From Octopus vulgaris (taxonomy: Eukaryota): 64,000 nucleotides of DNA. Below, one piece after another: positions 35,028 through 49,165 of the stretch. The stretch covers positions 69,316,001-69,380,000 of the forward strand of contig OX597827.1 of assembly GCA_951406725.2 (NCBI GenBank), read 5' to 3'. The number at the start of each line of letters is the position of its first letter. The first letter of the stretch is position 1. The position numbers were made by a program, and so were the translations under genes. The notes under the pieces were generated by a model. The model was not told where the DNA came from and did not search any database. It was given only the letters and a program-made list of their open reading frames with translations.

Positions 35028-35408
35028 GGAGGCGCAATGGCCCAGTGGTTAGGGCAGCGGACTCGTGATTGTAGGATCGCGGTTTCGATTCCCAGACCGG
35101 GCGTTGTGAGTGTTTATTGAGCGAAAACACCTAAAGCTCAATGAGACTCCGGCAGGGATGGTGATGATCCCTGCTGTAGTCTTTCACCACAACTTTCTCT
35201 CACTCTTACTTCCTGTTTCTGTTGTACCTGTATTTCAAAGGGCCGGCCTTGTCACTCTCTGTGTCATGCTGAATATCCCCGAGAACTACGTTAAGGGTAC
35301 ACGTGTCTGTGGAGTGCTCAGCCACTTACACGTTAATTTCACGAGCAGGCTGTTCCGTTGATCGGATCAACCGGAACCCTCGTCGTCGTAACCGACGGAG
35401 TGCTTCCA
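35028..35408 (+). mobile_element. Full-length tRNA-derived SINE (resembles octopus OR-type)
   Basis: ggaggcgcaatggcccagtggttaggg (A box)..ggtttcgattccc (B box) plus ~300-bp body. Confidence 0.88.
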
Positions 35409-35479
35409 TCCGTATATATGTGTGTATATATAAATATATGTATATATATATATATGTGTGTTTATAATGTGAATGTGTG

Positions 35480-35628
35480 TGTATATAATGTTTTGGTGCG
35501 TGGTTGGTCTCCTTTTTCCGTAGGTTTGGTGAAGAAGCATGTTGGACAGATCTGGCGTCTCTTGTGCCTTGTACTGTGTTGTTGGTTCATCTGAGATTTC
35601 CAACAGATATACATTCAGGTGCATTTTG
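35480..35628 (-). mobile_element. Diverged LINE C-terminal remnant (duplicate at ~38470-38608)
   Basis: KMHLNVYLLEISDEPT..SNMLLHQ resembles [23 protein letters not shown] of the RT ORF. Confidence 0.6.
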
Positions 35629-35745
35629 TATATGTAGGTATACCAACATCACCATTTAATGTCCGCCTCCCATGCTGGCATGGGTTGGATGGGACATAGA
35701 TGCATATTAATGTATGTGTATATATATAATGTATGTGTATATATA

Positions 35746-36034
35746 TCACGTCACGTGACCGACCAAACCATCAGATGTTTTTACACATCGCTGGTCACAA
35801 TGCGTTCGCACTGTTTTAGCCTTCGAATGATGCCACCCCACTGGCTAAGCGAGCAGGCCAACAAAAGAAAGATTGGTGAAAGAGTACAGCAGGGATCACC
35901 ACCCCCTGGCGGAGCCTTGTGGAGCTTTTAGGTGTTTTTGCTCAATAAACACTCACAATGCCCGGTCTGGGAATCGAAACCGCGATCCTCCGACCACAAG
36001 TCCGCTGCCCTAACCACTGGGCCATTGCGCCTCC
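35746..36034 (-). mobile_element. tRNA-derived SINE with the same head as 35028 but a different tail (duplicate at ~38708-38992)
   Basis: ccctaaccactgggccattgcgcctcc at the right end. Confidence 0.85.
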
Positions 36035-36061
36035 ACATGTGTGTATATGTATATATATTTA

Positions 36062-36226
36062 TATAGTCGATTCAAAGAACAACCAATTAAACAAACAGTA
36101 AACAAGAAAAAGACGAATATGAACATGCACAAGAAGTGTATTAATTTGACGTTTCAAGCATAGCTCTTTATCAGAAAGTCGAAAGAGGAAGAAGGAAAAA
36201 TGGCCAACAGTCCATATGCAGTTGCC
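36062..36226 (-). mobile_element. Short repeat, family C, with minimal hammerhead-like motif (duplicate at ~39018-39174)
   Basis: Reverse complement ttt-CTGATAA-AGAGC-tat-GCTT-GAAAC-GTC-aaa (36145-36177). Confidence 0.6.
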
Positions 36227-36261
36227 TATACGTATATATGCTTGCATGTATATGCATATAT

Positions 36262-36309
<48 letters not shown>

Positions 36310-36401
36310 TCATTCATATAGATGTCTGTGTGTATATGTATATATATGTATACATATATATATACATATTCATATACATGTCTGTGTGTATGTGTAAATA
36401 T

Positions 36402-36475
<74 letters not shown>

Positions 36476-36940
36476 GTAACAAATTGGGATCACGTGGATG
36501 AGAAAGGTCCGATTCCTGAGAGGAATGGACAGCATGCTATGACCAGCGGTGTCAAATGGATGCCCGATGGACTGGTCAGTCAAGGTGATATAACAAATGA
36601 AAAAATGGGAATTTGTGAGATTGTGTATCAATCAGAATGATCATTACAACCCATCTTGCGCCTGTCTCTTGCAAGAGAGATAATGTGCAACTGATTGTGA
36701 TGCATCCTGTGGTGCAGATGTTTCTTGCCAGATGACTTCACAAAAGGTTTCTTGATCAATAATGTGGGTTTCACTTGGTTCGGTTATGTAATGCATGTCC
36801 TTATATTATCTGCTTGTGTGCTCGCAGGTACAGGCAACTAACAACATGCATTATAATACAACCAAGTGCAATTGAGTTTATTGAGGCCACTTTTGAAAAG
36901 TCACCCAACAAGAGACATCTGCAGCAAAATTTGTCCAACC

Positions 36941-36985
<45 letters not shown>

Positions 36986-37135
36986 GTGTGTGTATATATA
37001 TATTATATGTATATATATATGTGTATATATGTGTGTGTGTGTATATATATATATATCTGTATATGTATATATATATATATATATATATCTTAGTATATAT
37101 ATATTGTATACATGTGTGTGTGTGTGTATATATAT

Positions 37136-37392
37136 ATTATTATTATTATGGCTGCCTCCTCATTATCGAGTATGGCCATTGCACAAGCTTAACTGGTGCT
37201 GTGATCGAATGTGACTTTTTAGCCCAGCTAAAGATCTACAATGTCTTGTACAAAATTGGCAACTAATACCTTTACCGGAAATAGCCGGCTGTAGTTGTAA
37301 CTGGGCTTCATGTACCTTTCCATGTTGTTTAAGTCCTCCGGCCGAATTACACTCTCTTCCACATGCCCGACAGATATGATTAGTATGGTGTG
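37136..37392 (-). mobile_element. LINE (probably RTE-type) 3' end with two C2H2 fingers and (TAA)n tail (duplicate at ~40056-40318)
   Basis: [43 protein letters not shown], then a short UTR and (taa)n. Confidence 0.7.
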
Positions 37393-37497
37393 TTATATAT
37401 ATATATATGTATATACACACACACATATAACGACTATGATGATGATGACATATATAAGACAGGCTTCCTTCAGTTTCCACCCACCAAATCCACTGAA

Positions 37498-37790
37498 ACC
37501 TATCAACAGAGCTACATCCTTCTTAACAAGGCACTAGCAAGGAGTCGCTTTGCCAATAAATTAGCATCTGTGGAGACACTTCCACTCCTGAACCCAAAGT
37601 GACTGAGAAAGAGAAAAATAGTCTGGTTCAATCCTCCATACAACCTAAATGTTTCCACTCATATAGCTAGGTGTTACCTGATGCTTAGTAAAATATTTTC
37701 TTCCTAGGATCTATGGATATTATCAGTTTCTCAATCCCCATAATGTCAAGGTGAGCTACTCCTGTTTAGACAACATTGCTCAAAACATAT
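37498..37790 (+). mobile_element. Penelope-like remnant (duplicate at ~40422-40715)
   Basis: RKRKIVWFNPPYNLNVSTHIAR and VKVSYSCLDNI motifs typical of the PLE RT-EN linker. Confidence 0.75.
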
Positions 37791-39208
37791 GCCACAGTGT
37801 GCACAAATACACAACTACACAGCCTCCAACTCACACCCCAATCTGTAGCTGATGAAATCCTGCCAACAACACACTATACTGATCCTACCTCACACTATCC
37901 AATAGCATCACAAATTATTACTTCAGGGATATGACTAAGAGAAATATACTTGCTGTGCTCCAAAAGACCCATCTGTCACAGTGAAAGTGCAGTCCTAATA
38001 GCATTATTATGTCTATACTACAGTCACTGGGCCCTGCACTCAATCTGTCCCTGTCAAACCTTTTCCATCTCTCATCCTCCTAACACCCATCCTACCATCA
38101 CTTTCCTAACTATGGCACTATTCAGCTGCTGTAATCATATAAGAACAAAAGCTGCACATACTCCATCCCCCACCCCACCCTTTGTACTACCAGTTACCTG
38201 CCCACTCTCACTGGAACCACTTCTTTTTCAAATTTGTCCCTATTTCTTAATATCATTCCTCTCCACTTTATTTTCCATTGATCACAAATTTCTATACCTC
38301 ACTTCCTCTCACCCTCTCCTCTGAGCTACATCCTAGGNNNNNNNNNNNNNNNNNNNNNNNNNNNNNNNNNNNNNNNNNNNNNNNNNNNNNNNNNNNNNNN
38401 NNNNNNNNNNNNNNNNNNNNNNNNNNNNNNNNNNNNNTGTGTTTATAATGTGAATGTGTGTGTATATAATGTTTTGGTGCGTGGTTGGTCTCCTTTTTCC
38501 GTAGGTTTGGTGAAGAAGCATGTTGGACAGATCTGGCATCTCTTGTGCCTTGTACTGTGTTGTTGGTTCATCTGAGATTTCCAACAGAAGTACATTCAGG
38601 TGCATCTTGTATATGTAGTTATACCAACATCACCATTTAATGTCCGCCTCCCATGCTGGCATGGGTCGGATGGGACATAGATGCATATTAATGTATGTGT
38701 ATATATATCATGTCACGTAACCGACCTGACCATCAGATGTTGCTACACATCGCTGGTCACAATGCGTTCGCACTGTTTTAGCCTTCGAATGATGCCACCC
38801 CACTGGCTAAGCGAGCAGGCCAACAAAAGAGTGATGAAAGAGTACAGCAGGGATCACCACCCCCTGGCGGAGCCTTGTGGAGCTTTTAGGTGTTTTTGCT
38901 CAATAAACACTCACAATGCCCGGTCTGGGAATCGAAACCGCGATCCTCCGACCACAAGTCCGCTGCCCTAACCACTGGGCCATTGCGCCTCCACATGTGT
39001 GTATATATATACATTTATATAGTCGATTCAAAGAACAACCAATTACAACCAAGAAAAAGACGAATATGAACTTGCACAAGAAGTGTATTAATTTGACGTT
39101 TCAAGCATAGCTCTTTATCAGAAAGTCGAAAGAGGAAGAAGGAAAAATGGCCAACAAACCATATGCAGTTGCCTATACGTATATATGCTTGCATGTATAT
39201 GCATATAT

Positions 39209-39241
<33 letters not shown>

Positions 39242-39346
39242 CATATATATTCATTCATTCATATAGATGTCTGTGTATATGTGTATATATATGTATACAT
39301 ATATATATACATATTCATATACATGTCTGTGTGTATGTGTAAATAT

Positions 39347-39420
<74 letters not shown>

Positions 39421-39887
39421 GTAACAAATTGGGATCACGTGGATGAGAAAGGTCCGATCCTGAGAGGAATGGACAGCATGCTGTGACCAGCGGTGTCAAA
39501 TGGATGCCCGATGGACTGGTCAGTCAAGGTGATATAACAAATGAAAAAATGGAATTTATGAGATTGTGTATCAATCAGAATGATCATTACAACCCATCTT
39601 GCGCCTGTCTCTTGCAAGAGAGATAATGTGCAACTGATTGTGATGCATCCTGTGGTGCAGATGTTTCTTGCCAGATGACTTCACAAAAGGTTTCTTGATC
39701 AATAATGTGGGTTTCACTTGGTTCGGTTATGTAATGCATGTCCTTATATTATCTGCTTGTGTGCTCGCAGGTACAGGCAACTAACAACATGCATTATGAT
39801 ATAACCAAGTGCAATTGAGTTTATTGAGTGGGGCCACTTTTGAAAAGTCACCCAACAAGAGACATCTGCAGCAAAATTTGTCCAACC

Positions 39888-39940
<53 letters not shown>

Positions 39941-41781
39941 ATATATATATATGTGTGTGTGTGTGTATATATATATATATCTGTGTGTGTATATATATAT
40001 ATATATATCTTAGTATATATATATTGTATACATGTGTGTGTGTGTGTATATATATATTATTATTATTATTATGGCTGCCTCCTCATTATCGAGTATGGCC
40101 ATTGCACGAAGCTTAACTGGTGCTGTGATCGAATGTGACTTTTTAGCCCAGCTAAAGATCTACAATGTCTTGTACAAAATTGGCAACTAATACCTTTACC
40201 GGAAATAGCCGGCTGTAGTTGTAACTGGGCTTCATGTACCTTTCCATGTTGTTTAAGTCCTCCGGCCGAATTACACTCTCTTCCACATGCCCGACAGATA
40301 TGATTAGTATGGTGTGTTATATATATATATATGTATATACACACACACATATAACGACTATGATGATGATGACATATATAAGACAGGCTTCCTTCAGTTT
40401 CCACCCAACAAATCCACTGAAACCTATCAACAGAGCTACATCCTTTATAACAAGGCACTAGCAAGGAGTGGCTTTACCAATAAATTAGTATCTATGGAGA
40501 AACTTCTACTCATGAACCCAAAGTGACTCAGAAAGAGAAAAATAGTCTGGTTCAATCCTCCATACAACCTAAATGTTTCCACTCATATAGCTAGGTGTTA
40601 CCTGATGCTTAGTAAAATATTTTCTTCCTAGGATCTATGGATATTATCAGTTTCTCAATCCCCATAATGTCAAGGTGAGCTACTCCTGTTTAGACAACAT
40701 TGCTCAAAACATATGCCACAGTGTGCACAAATACACAACTACACAGCCTCCAACTCACACCCCAATCTGTAGCTGATGAAATCCTGCCAACAACACACTA
40801 TACTGATCCTACCTCACACTATCCAATAGCATCACAAATTATTACTTCAGGGATATGACTAAGAGAAATATACTTGCTGTGCTCCAAAAGACCCATCTGT
40901 CACAGTGAAAGTGCAGTCCTAATAGCATTATTATGTCTATACTACAGTCACTGGGCCCTGCACTCAATCTGTCCCTGTCAAACCTTTTCCATCTCTCATC
41001 CTCCTAACACCCATCCTACCATCACTTTCCTAACTATGGCACTATTCAGCTGCTGTAATCATATAAGAGCAAAAGCTGCACATACTCCATCCCCCACCCC
41101 ACACCTTTGTACTACCAGTTACCTGCCCACTCTCACTGGAACCACTTCTTTTTCAAATTTGTCCCTATTTCTTAATATCATTCCTCTCCACTTTATTTTC
41201 CATTGATCACAAATTTCTATACCTCACTTCCTCTCACCCTCTCCTCTGAGCTACATCCTAGGACAACCATACCTCATCTTATTAACACCCTCTCAGATAG
41301 CCATCAGTCCGCCCCCCCCCCTGTCTTTGTTCCTCACTCAGTCTTGCCATCCCTGCAAACCCCTGACACCCATCAATGTTGCTATCCATTTCTTTCTCCC
41401 CCTCTCTCTCTCCCCCCTTCACTCTTCCCACTCCCACATATCTCCCTATTTTCTGATCTCCATTGGTTTATCAAACTGCTGCTCTCTACCCTTCCTGTAC
41501 TACATCTTATCACTTCCTCCTCTTTCCTCAAGCACTCCTATCCCTTTTACTCCCCCCATTCTCCACCTAACAGATAATAGCCATTGACCATGCCTCCACC
41601 CTTGTCCATCATTCACTACTTCTCACCTCTACTCTCATCTCTAACCATCTAATGGTGAACTTATCCAACCACCATTCCAAACCTGTTTTCTCTCTTATAA
41701 CTCACATTCTTGTATTTTGAGAGTTTGCCCTGACATCTTGTTCCTACCGCTTTGTCCTTTTTCCAATTACTCTCACCTATA

Positions 41782-41946
41782 GGTGCAGGAGTGGCTGTGT
41801 GGTAAGTAGCTTGCTTACGAACCACATGGTTCCAAGTTCAGTTCCACTGTGTGGCACCTTTGGCAAGTGTCTTCTACTATAGCCTCGGGCCAACCGAAGC
41901 CTTGTGAGTGGATTTGGTAGACGGTAACTGGAAGAAGCCCGTCGTA

Positions 41947-41986
<40 letters not shown>

Positions 41987-42253
41987 TGTATATATATATG
42001 TATATATATATATATGTATATATATAATATATATGTGTGTGTGTGTGTATGTTTGTGTGTCTGTGTTTGTCCCCACCCAACATCACTTGACAACCGATGC
42101 TGGTGTGTTACATTCCCGTAACTTAGCAGTTCGGCGAAATAGACCGATAGAATAAGTACTAGGCTTACAAAGAATAAGTCCTGGGGTCGATTTGCTCAAC
42201 TGAAGGCGGTGCTCCAGGATGGCCACAGTCAAATGACTGAAACAAGTAAAAGA

Positions 42254-42254
<1 letters not shown>
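41782..42254 (+). mobile_element. tRNA-derived CORE-like SINE with internal microsatellite
   Basis: gtggctgtgtggtaagtagc..gttcagt..acctttggcaagtgtcttc..cagtcaaatgactgaaacaag. Confidence 0.88.
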
Positions 42255-42326
<72 letters not shown>

Positions 42327-42328
<2 letters not shown>

Positions 42329-42492
42329 ATGCCGGTGTGTTTACATCCCCGTAACATAGCGGTTCGGCAAAAGAGATCGATAGAATAAGTACTAGGCTTA
42401 CAAAGATTAAGTCCTGGGGTTGATTTGCTCGATTAAAGGCGGTGCTCCAGCATGGCCGCAGTCAAATGACTGAAACAAGAGAGAAAGAGAGT
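42327..42492 (+). mobile_element. 3' half of CORE-like SINE
   Basis: Matches 42096-42254. Confidence 0.85.
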
Positions 42493-42792
42493 ACTCTTAT
42501 ATAATGTAGGGTGGTCACGTATCAATACACCACGGCTCATCCTTCTGCCACACTTCACCCTCTCAACACTGAGCAAAAAGCCACCTCACCACCTACTTAA
42601 GGGGTTGGGAAATTCTATTTACTAATTACCTCAGAATATTTTTGCTCACATTACCCCATTGATTTGAAGGTGACCAATAATAAAGTTACTGGGAAAAAAT
42701 GTTGTAGTAATAAATTCACAATTTTGGCTTGGGAAAAAAAGTCATAATTAATTTATGGGATCTGGACAAAACCCCTGTGACTTTATTACTAT

Positions 42793-42984
42793 CTTTTACT
42801 CTTTTACTTGTGTCTGTCACTTGACTGTGGCCATGCTGGAGCACCGCCTTTAGTCGAGCAAATCAACCCCAGGACATATTCTTTGTAAGCCTAGTACTTA
42901 TTCTATCGGTCTCTTTTGCCAAACCGCGAAGTTACAGGGAAGTAAACACACCAGCATCGGTTGCCAAGAGATGTTGGGGGGCTT

Positions 42985-43021
<37 letters not shown>

Positions 43022-43346
43022 TATATTCTTTTATTTGTTTCAGTCATTTGACTGTGGCCATGATGGAGCACCGCTTTTTGTCGAGCAAATCGACCACAGG
43101 ACTGATTCTTTGTAAACCTAGGATTTATTCTATTGGTCACTTTGGCCGAACCGCGAAGTTACAGGGATGTAAACACACCAGCTTTGGTTGTCAAGAGATG
43201 TTGGGTGGATAAACACAGACACACAAACATATATACACACACACATACATAGATATATGCATATATACGATGGGCTTCTTTCTGTTTCCGTCTACCAAAT
43301 CCACTCACATGGCTTTGGTCGGCCCAAGGCTATCGTAGAAGACACT
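42793..43346 (-). mobile_element. Two truncated CORE-like SINE copies (42793-42981 and 43026-43346)
   Basis: Reverse complements of the 41782 SINE. Confidence 0.85.
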
Positions 43347-43360
43347 TTTTTTATAGAAAA

Positions 43361-43650
43361 CTAGCAGTATTGCCCAGCTTTGCTCGGGTTTGTTTTGACC
43401 CTTTAGAATTGGAATTTTTGAAAAGTCAAAAAATCGTAGAAAATAGGGATTTTTTACACCTTTTTGATGTAAATAATTTTTGGTCTTAACATGGTCTGAT
43501 TTGAATTTATCTTCTATGGAATGAAGAACAAGCCTTCTATCATACTCTCACTTTTGGTCAACTTGTGCCGCAGGGTCTCGGAGGAGATAGTGTTAGTTGA
43601 AGGCTACCAAACCTGCCATACACAGACAACTTCAGCTTTATATATATATA
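43361..43650 (-). mobile_element. Non-autonomous Helitron
   Basis: Reverse-complement 3' end caaacccgagcaaagctgggcaatactgCTAG|T, nearly identical to the 30176 terminus. Confidence 0.8.
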
Positions 43651-43807
43651 ATTATACTTGTGTCTAACGAGTCCTCATTAACCCCAAGAATTTGATTTTT
43701 ACCCCTACTTGGGGGTAATTTTCTCTGGTTCGCTGACCCCTGATCTCCTTCAACGCTACTCAGTCTAGCAATCATTTTCTTGTCTTGCTCATTACTTAGT
43801 AACCTCA

Positions 43808-43968
43808 CTAGTGCTGGTGTCATGACAAAAACACCCAATGCACTCTGGAAACTGGTTAGCGTCAGGATGGAAAATCAGCTATAGGAATGATGTCAACAGT
43901 AGACATTGGCTGTTCGACACAATGAAACTTCCAACTCGTGCTAGCATGGAAGACAGACGTTAAATAAA
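43808..43968 (+). mobile_element. Diverged RTE-related retroposon 3' end
   Basis: ggttagcgtcaggatgg..gctagcatggaagacagacgttaaa. Confidence 0.6.
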
Positions 43969-44638
43969 GATATATATATATAAGTATACATATACATACA
44001 TATATGTATATACGAATATCTATAGGCTATATGAATATATATATCTCTGTATATACATTTCTATATGAATAAATGTCTTATGTTTACATGAATATATCTA
44101 TGTGAAAATATATATAAATGAATATATACATCAATATTTATATGAATACACACATACACTTATATATGAATAGAGAAGTACTCATGAATATGTATATCTA
44201 TAAATGCTTATGTATTGATATGAATATGTACACGTATGTATGAATATGTGTGTGTATGTGAATATATACGTATCTGTATATATACACATACACACTCGCT
44301 CATGCATATATGTGCTTTTATGTAAATATGAATACATGTCTAATCTTAGGTGTGTTGTGCGCTTATATTTATATATATATATATATATGGTACACACACA
44401 CATTCTATGTGTCCGTGTGTGTATTATTATTATACATGTAGTGATGCTTATATATTATGTACGTACGCATAGAAACACATTTCTAGGAAGTATATATTTT
44501 CATGTATGCACATCTATTATATACTTTTATATATTTCATGTAAAAGTGTAATAAGTAACTAAATCGTTTATTGCCTGTGTGTCTAATGTATGTATGGATA
44601 GATATAGTTCTAAGAAAGAGGCATGTGTGAGTGAGTGT

Positions 44639-44685
<47 letters not shown>

Positions 44686-44848
44686 CATACATATATATTT
44701 TCCTCGTAATATTACTGTTTCTCTGCTTGTCGATGAATAAGCGGGAGCAAAAGTATGATTAAGGCTTATATACACACTATGTAAACACTCATGGTTGCAC
44801 AAAAGTGTTTGGTATGAATGTATGTCTTCATGTGTGTGTGTGCGCCCG

Positions 44849-44926
<78 letters not shown>

Positions 44927-44971
44927 ATTTTAATATATATCAATATATATATATACACGTATATATAATGC

Positions 44972-45005
<34 letters not shown>

Positions 45006-45166
45006 GTGTGTAGAAGGGGGAGATGGGGCTGTGGGTAATAGGGTGTGTGATAGCTGCTTCGTACGTGTGTGTACATATACACTCACAAATATATATATAT
45101 ATGTGTATGGATGGATGTGTAGGTGGCTATAAATATATGTATGGGCTCTGACGTGGTGTGTGGCCC

Positions 45167-45180
45167 ATGTGTGACTTATT

Positions 45181-45218
<38 letters not shown>

Positions 45219-45421
45219 TATATATATACGTATTGTGGGGTGTACATTTCTAAATATTTCCACATATGAGTTGGTGGTCATGTATTTATACGAGTGTTCG
45301 TGAGGATATTTACATGTGTATACATCCTCACGAACACTCGTATAAATACATGACCACTCAACTCATATGTGGAAATATTTAGAAATGTACACCCCACAAT
45401 ACGTATATATGTATGTGTGTG

Positions 45422-45460
<39 letters not shown>

Positions 45461-45462
45461 GT

Positions 45463-45469
<7 letters not shown>
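45167..45469. repeat. Near-perfect 300-bp palindrome
   Basis: Arms 45167-45307 and 45324-45469 are reverse complements. Confidence 0.92.
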
Positions 45470-45510
<41 letters not shown>

Positions 45511-46136
45511 ATATATGTATATATATGTATGTGTATATATATATATGTATATATGTATATATATGTATGTGTATATGTATATATGTATATGTATATATAT
45601 ATATGTATATGTATATATATATATGTATGTATATATATGTATATATATATATATGTATGTATATATATGTATATATATATAAATGTATGTATATATATGT
45701 ATATATATATAAATGTATGTATATATGTATGTATATATATATGTATATATATAAATGTATGTATATATATGTGTATATATATAAATGTATGTATATATGT
45801 ATATATATAAATATATGTATATATATATATATATAAATGTGTATATATGTATATATATATGTATGTGTATATATGTATATATATATAAATGTATGTATAT
45901 ATATATATGTATATATATAAATGTATGTATATATGTATATATATAAATGTATGTATATATGTATGTATATATATGTATATATATATAAATGTATGTATAT
46001 ATGTATGTATATATATGTATATATATATATGTATGTATATATATATATATATGGTTGTAGATATATTTGTTAGTGCTTGTATATGAGAGTGTATATATCA
46101 ATAGAATGTGTGTATATGTATTCTTGTGTATGCTAG

Positions 46137-46171
<35 letters not shown>

Positions 46172-46207
46172 CTATGTATGCCTCTCTTTGTGTATTAACG
46201 CCTACTG

Positions 46208-46257
<50 letters not shown>

Positions 46258-46902
46258 GTCCGTGTGTGTGTGTGTTTATATACACACACACGTACACACA
46301 TAATGTAATGTATGTAATACTAGCGGATACTGACTTTTAGGAAGCGTATGCCATACAATTTATACAGCAATATAATTTGGAAGTTTTGTTTGAGACCCAT
46401 ACACTGGACTTTTGGCTGCATCCCATTCCGGGAAACCTTTTTTCTCTGTATATATATATATATATATATATATACTCAAGGATATATTAATTTATTTATT
46501 TGTATGTATGTATATATGTATATTAAATCTGTGGAGGATTTAGTATGACTGGCCTGATAGAGGAAAAGAGATAGTGACAGAGATAGCTGATGCCTGTATG
46601 TGTGTGAGAGAGAGAGAGAAGGAGAGTCACCATATACAGATAGATATTGTGGCTAACAGTGTGTTTAGTGTGTGTCCAGCATTGAATGTATGTATAACCA
46701 GTACATCAGTGTGGGTGTGCTTGCGTGTGTGTGTGTGTATGTGTGTGTGCGTGCGTGCGTGTGTTGAATTGTGTGTTTCTTTGTATTTGCTATTGCTATT
46801 ACGTGCGTGCATGTATGTATGTATATATATATACACACACACACATGGTTTTGTGTTTGTATATATATATGTGTGTGTGTTATGCATACTTGGACGAGTT
46901 TA

Positions 46903-46989
46903 CACACACACATATATAGAGAGATAGATAGATAGATATGTATACACACACACATACATATAGAGATAGATAGATACATAGATATGTAT

Positions 46990-47020
<31 letters not shown>

Positions 47021-47360
47021 GATAGAGAGATAGATAGATGTGTATACACACACACATATATATATATATATAGATAGATATGTATACACACACACACATA
47101 TATATAGATAGATACATAGATATGTATACACACACACACACATATATATAGATAGATACATAGATATGTATACACACGCACACATATATATATAGATAGA
47201 TAGATACATAGATATGTATACACACACACAAACACACACATATATATATATAGATAGATAGATACATAGATATGTATACACACACACACATATATATATT
47301 ATATATAGATAGATAGATACATACATACATACATAGATATGTATATATATACACACACAC
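46903..47360. repeat. Compound minisatellite (CA)n(TA)n(GATA)n-catagatatgtata
   Basis: About 9-10 units of ~40-55 bp. Confidence 0.8.
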
Positions 47361-48490
47361 AGAGAAAGTTAATATCTATCTATAAATACACACACACGTG
47401 AAAGCTGGAAAGAGAATTATACGAGATTCGTGTCCACACACACACACTCTCTTTCTTTCTCTTTCTCATTCTCTCTCTCACTCTTTCTCTCTCTCTTACT
47501 CGCGCGTGCACTGAGACAGACAGACACAAAGAGAAGTGTGTATATATATATATATATGTATGTATGTATATATATATCAGTGTGCATTTGTGTTTGTTCA
47601 CTATGTATTTATTTGCGTTTGTTGACTGCGTATGTCTGTAGCCTTTGGTTCTGTGTGTGTGTGTGTGTGTGTGTTTGTGTCGTTATATGTGTGTGTGCGC
47701 GCTAGTGTGTGTATGTGTGAGTGTGTTTTGAATATGCAAAAGCATAGGTGCGTATGAGTGAGTGTATATTTAATTATGTGTCATATGCATTAGTATATCG
47801 CAAGACTTTGCACATTGCGTGTAAAAGTCTTTATCATGTATGTGTGTATGTATGCACACATACATACATACATAGCATATATATATATATATATGTGTGT
47901 GTGTTTGTGTGTGAATGGGTGTATACACATAGGTATGTGTCTGGGTTGTGAAATTTGCTGTGTAAATTTCTCTTTGTACGAGGAAGTTATTCTTGTGTAC
48001 GTATTAGATTTATATTTACGTGTGTATATTATGACTTATACGCACTATGTATGTATGTGTATATTGTATATATAGTATATATGTGTGTGTGTGTGTATAT
48101 AGGATGGGATGTAGGTATAATATTTCAGTTAGTCACATTAGTTTTTTGATTGTGTGCGATAAATGGCCGAAAAGTCTACATACATTTAGTCATATATATA
48201 TATACATACATATATATATATATATATATATGTGCGTGCGTGCTTGTCTGTGTGTGTATTCATACGCGCAAGCATGTTTGGTGCTAAACGAATCGACTTT
48301 GTAATTAACTATGTATTGTGTGTGTGTATGCCAATTTGTATGTGTGACAATGTGTGTAGGCGAATGTATATATGTGTTCGCCTGCGTGCGTATGTGTGAC
48401 TATACAAGTAAATTTACATATAATAAACAGTTATATATATGTGCGCCTATACGATGTATTTGTATATGTGTGTGTGTGTGTATATATATG

Positions 48491-48529
<39 letters not shown>

Positions 48530-48669
48530 ATATGTATGTATGTATATGTGTATATGTATGTATGTATGTATGTATATATGTATATGTATGCATGTATGTA
48601 TGTATATATGTATGTATGTATATATATGTATGTATGTATGTATATATGTATATGTATAAGTGTGTGTGC

Positions 48670-48712
<43 letters not shown>

Positions 48713-48798
48713 TTATATTTGTATGTTATATATTATACATATATATACATATGTATAAGTGTGTGTGCATTATATATATATATATATTTATTTTTTTG

Positions 48799-49075
48799 TA
48801 ATGGGAGAGGCCGGTTTATGAGATTATAGTGGGTTTCCCATCTATAAAGGGTTCAGCTTTATGGCGTATGGTCAGACCCCAAAACCTGTTGGCTTGAAAC
48901 CTCTTAAAAATATGGAGTGGGGATAAGACCTCACGGTGAAGCCTTCCCCCCCCCCCCTCTGTATTTTGAAGAGGTCTTAGGGCAACGGGTTTTGGGGTCT
49001 GACGATATGTCATAAAGCTGAACCCTTTATGGACGGGAAACCCAGGGTAATCTCATAAACCGGTCTCCCCCATTA
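48799..49075. mobile_element. Foldback MITE-like element
   Basis: taatggg..ccggtttatgagatta..ataaagggttcagctttatg versus cataaagctgaaccctttat..taatctcataaaccgg..cccatta; arms ~125 bp. Confidence 0.8.
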
Positions 49076-49134
49076 AAATGTACACTGTTCTACATCTTAC
49101 TGTGCTTCTCTGGATTTATATTTTCTAAAAACGA

Positions 49135-49165
<31 letters not shown>

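Larger units (their letters stand above)
35457..41262. repeat. Near-identical ~2.85-kb direct duplication across a 100-N gap
   Basis: 35457-38337 versus 38438-41262; N run at 38338-38437. Confidence 0.95.

Noticed and set aside
35028-35105. tRNA gene look-alikes (also 36034, 41782, 57982, 61386, 63646)
   Set aside because: The A/B boxes continue into SINE bodies; no clean cloverleaf.
37163-37480. C2H2 zinc-finger host gene
   Set aside because: No TGEKP linker, the 5' end is cut off at a microsatellite, and a short UTR with (TAA)n tail follows. This fits a LINE C-terminus.
38338-38437. N run
   Set aside because: A 100-N scaffold gap, not a biological feature.
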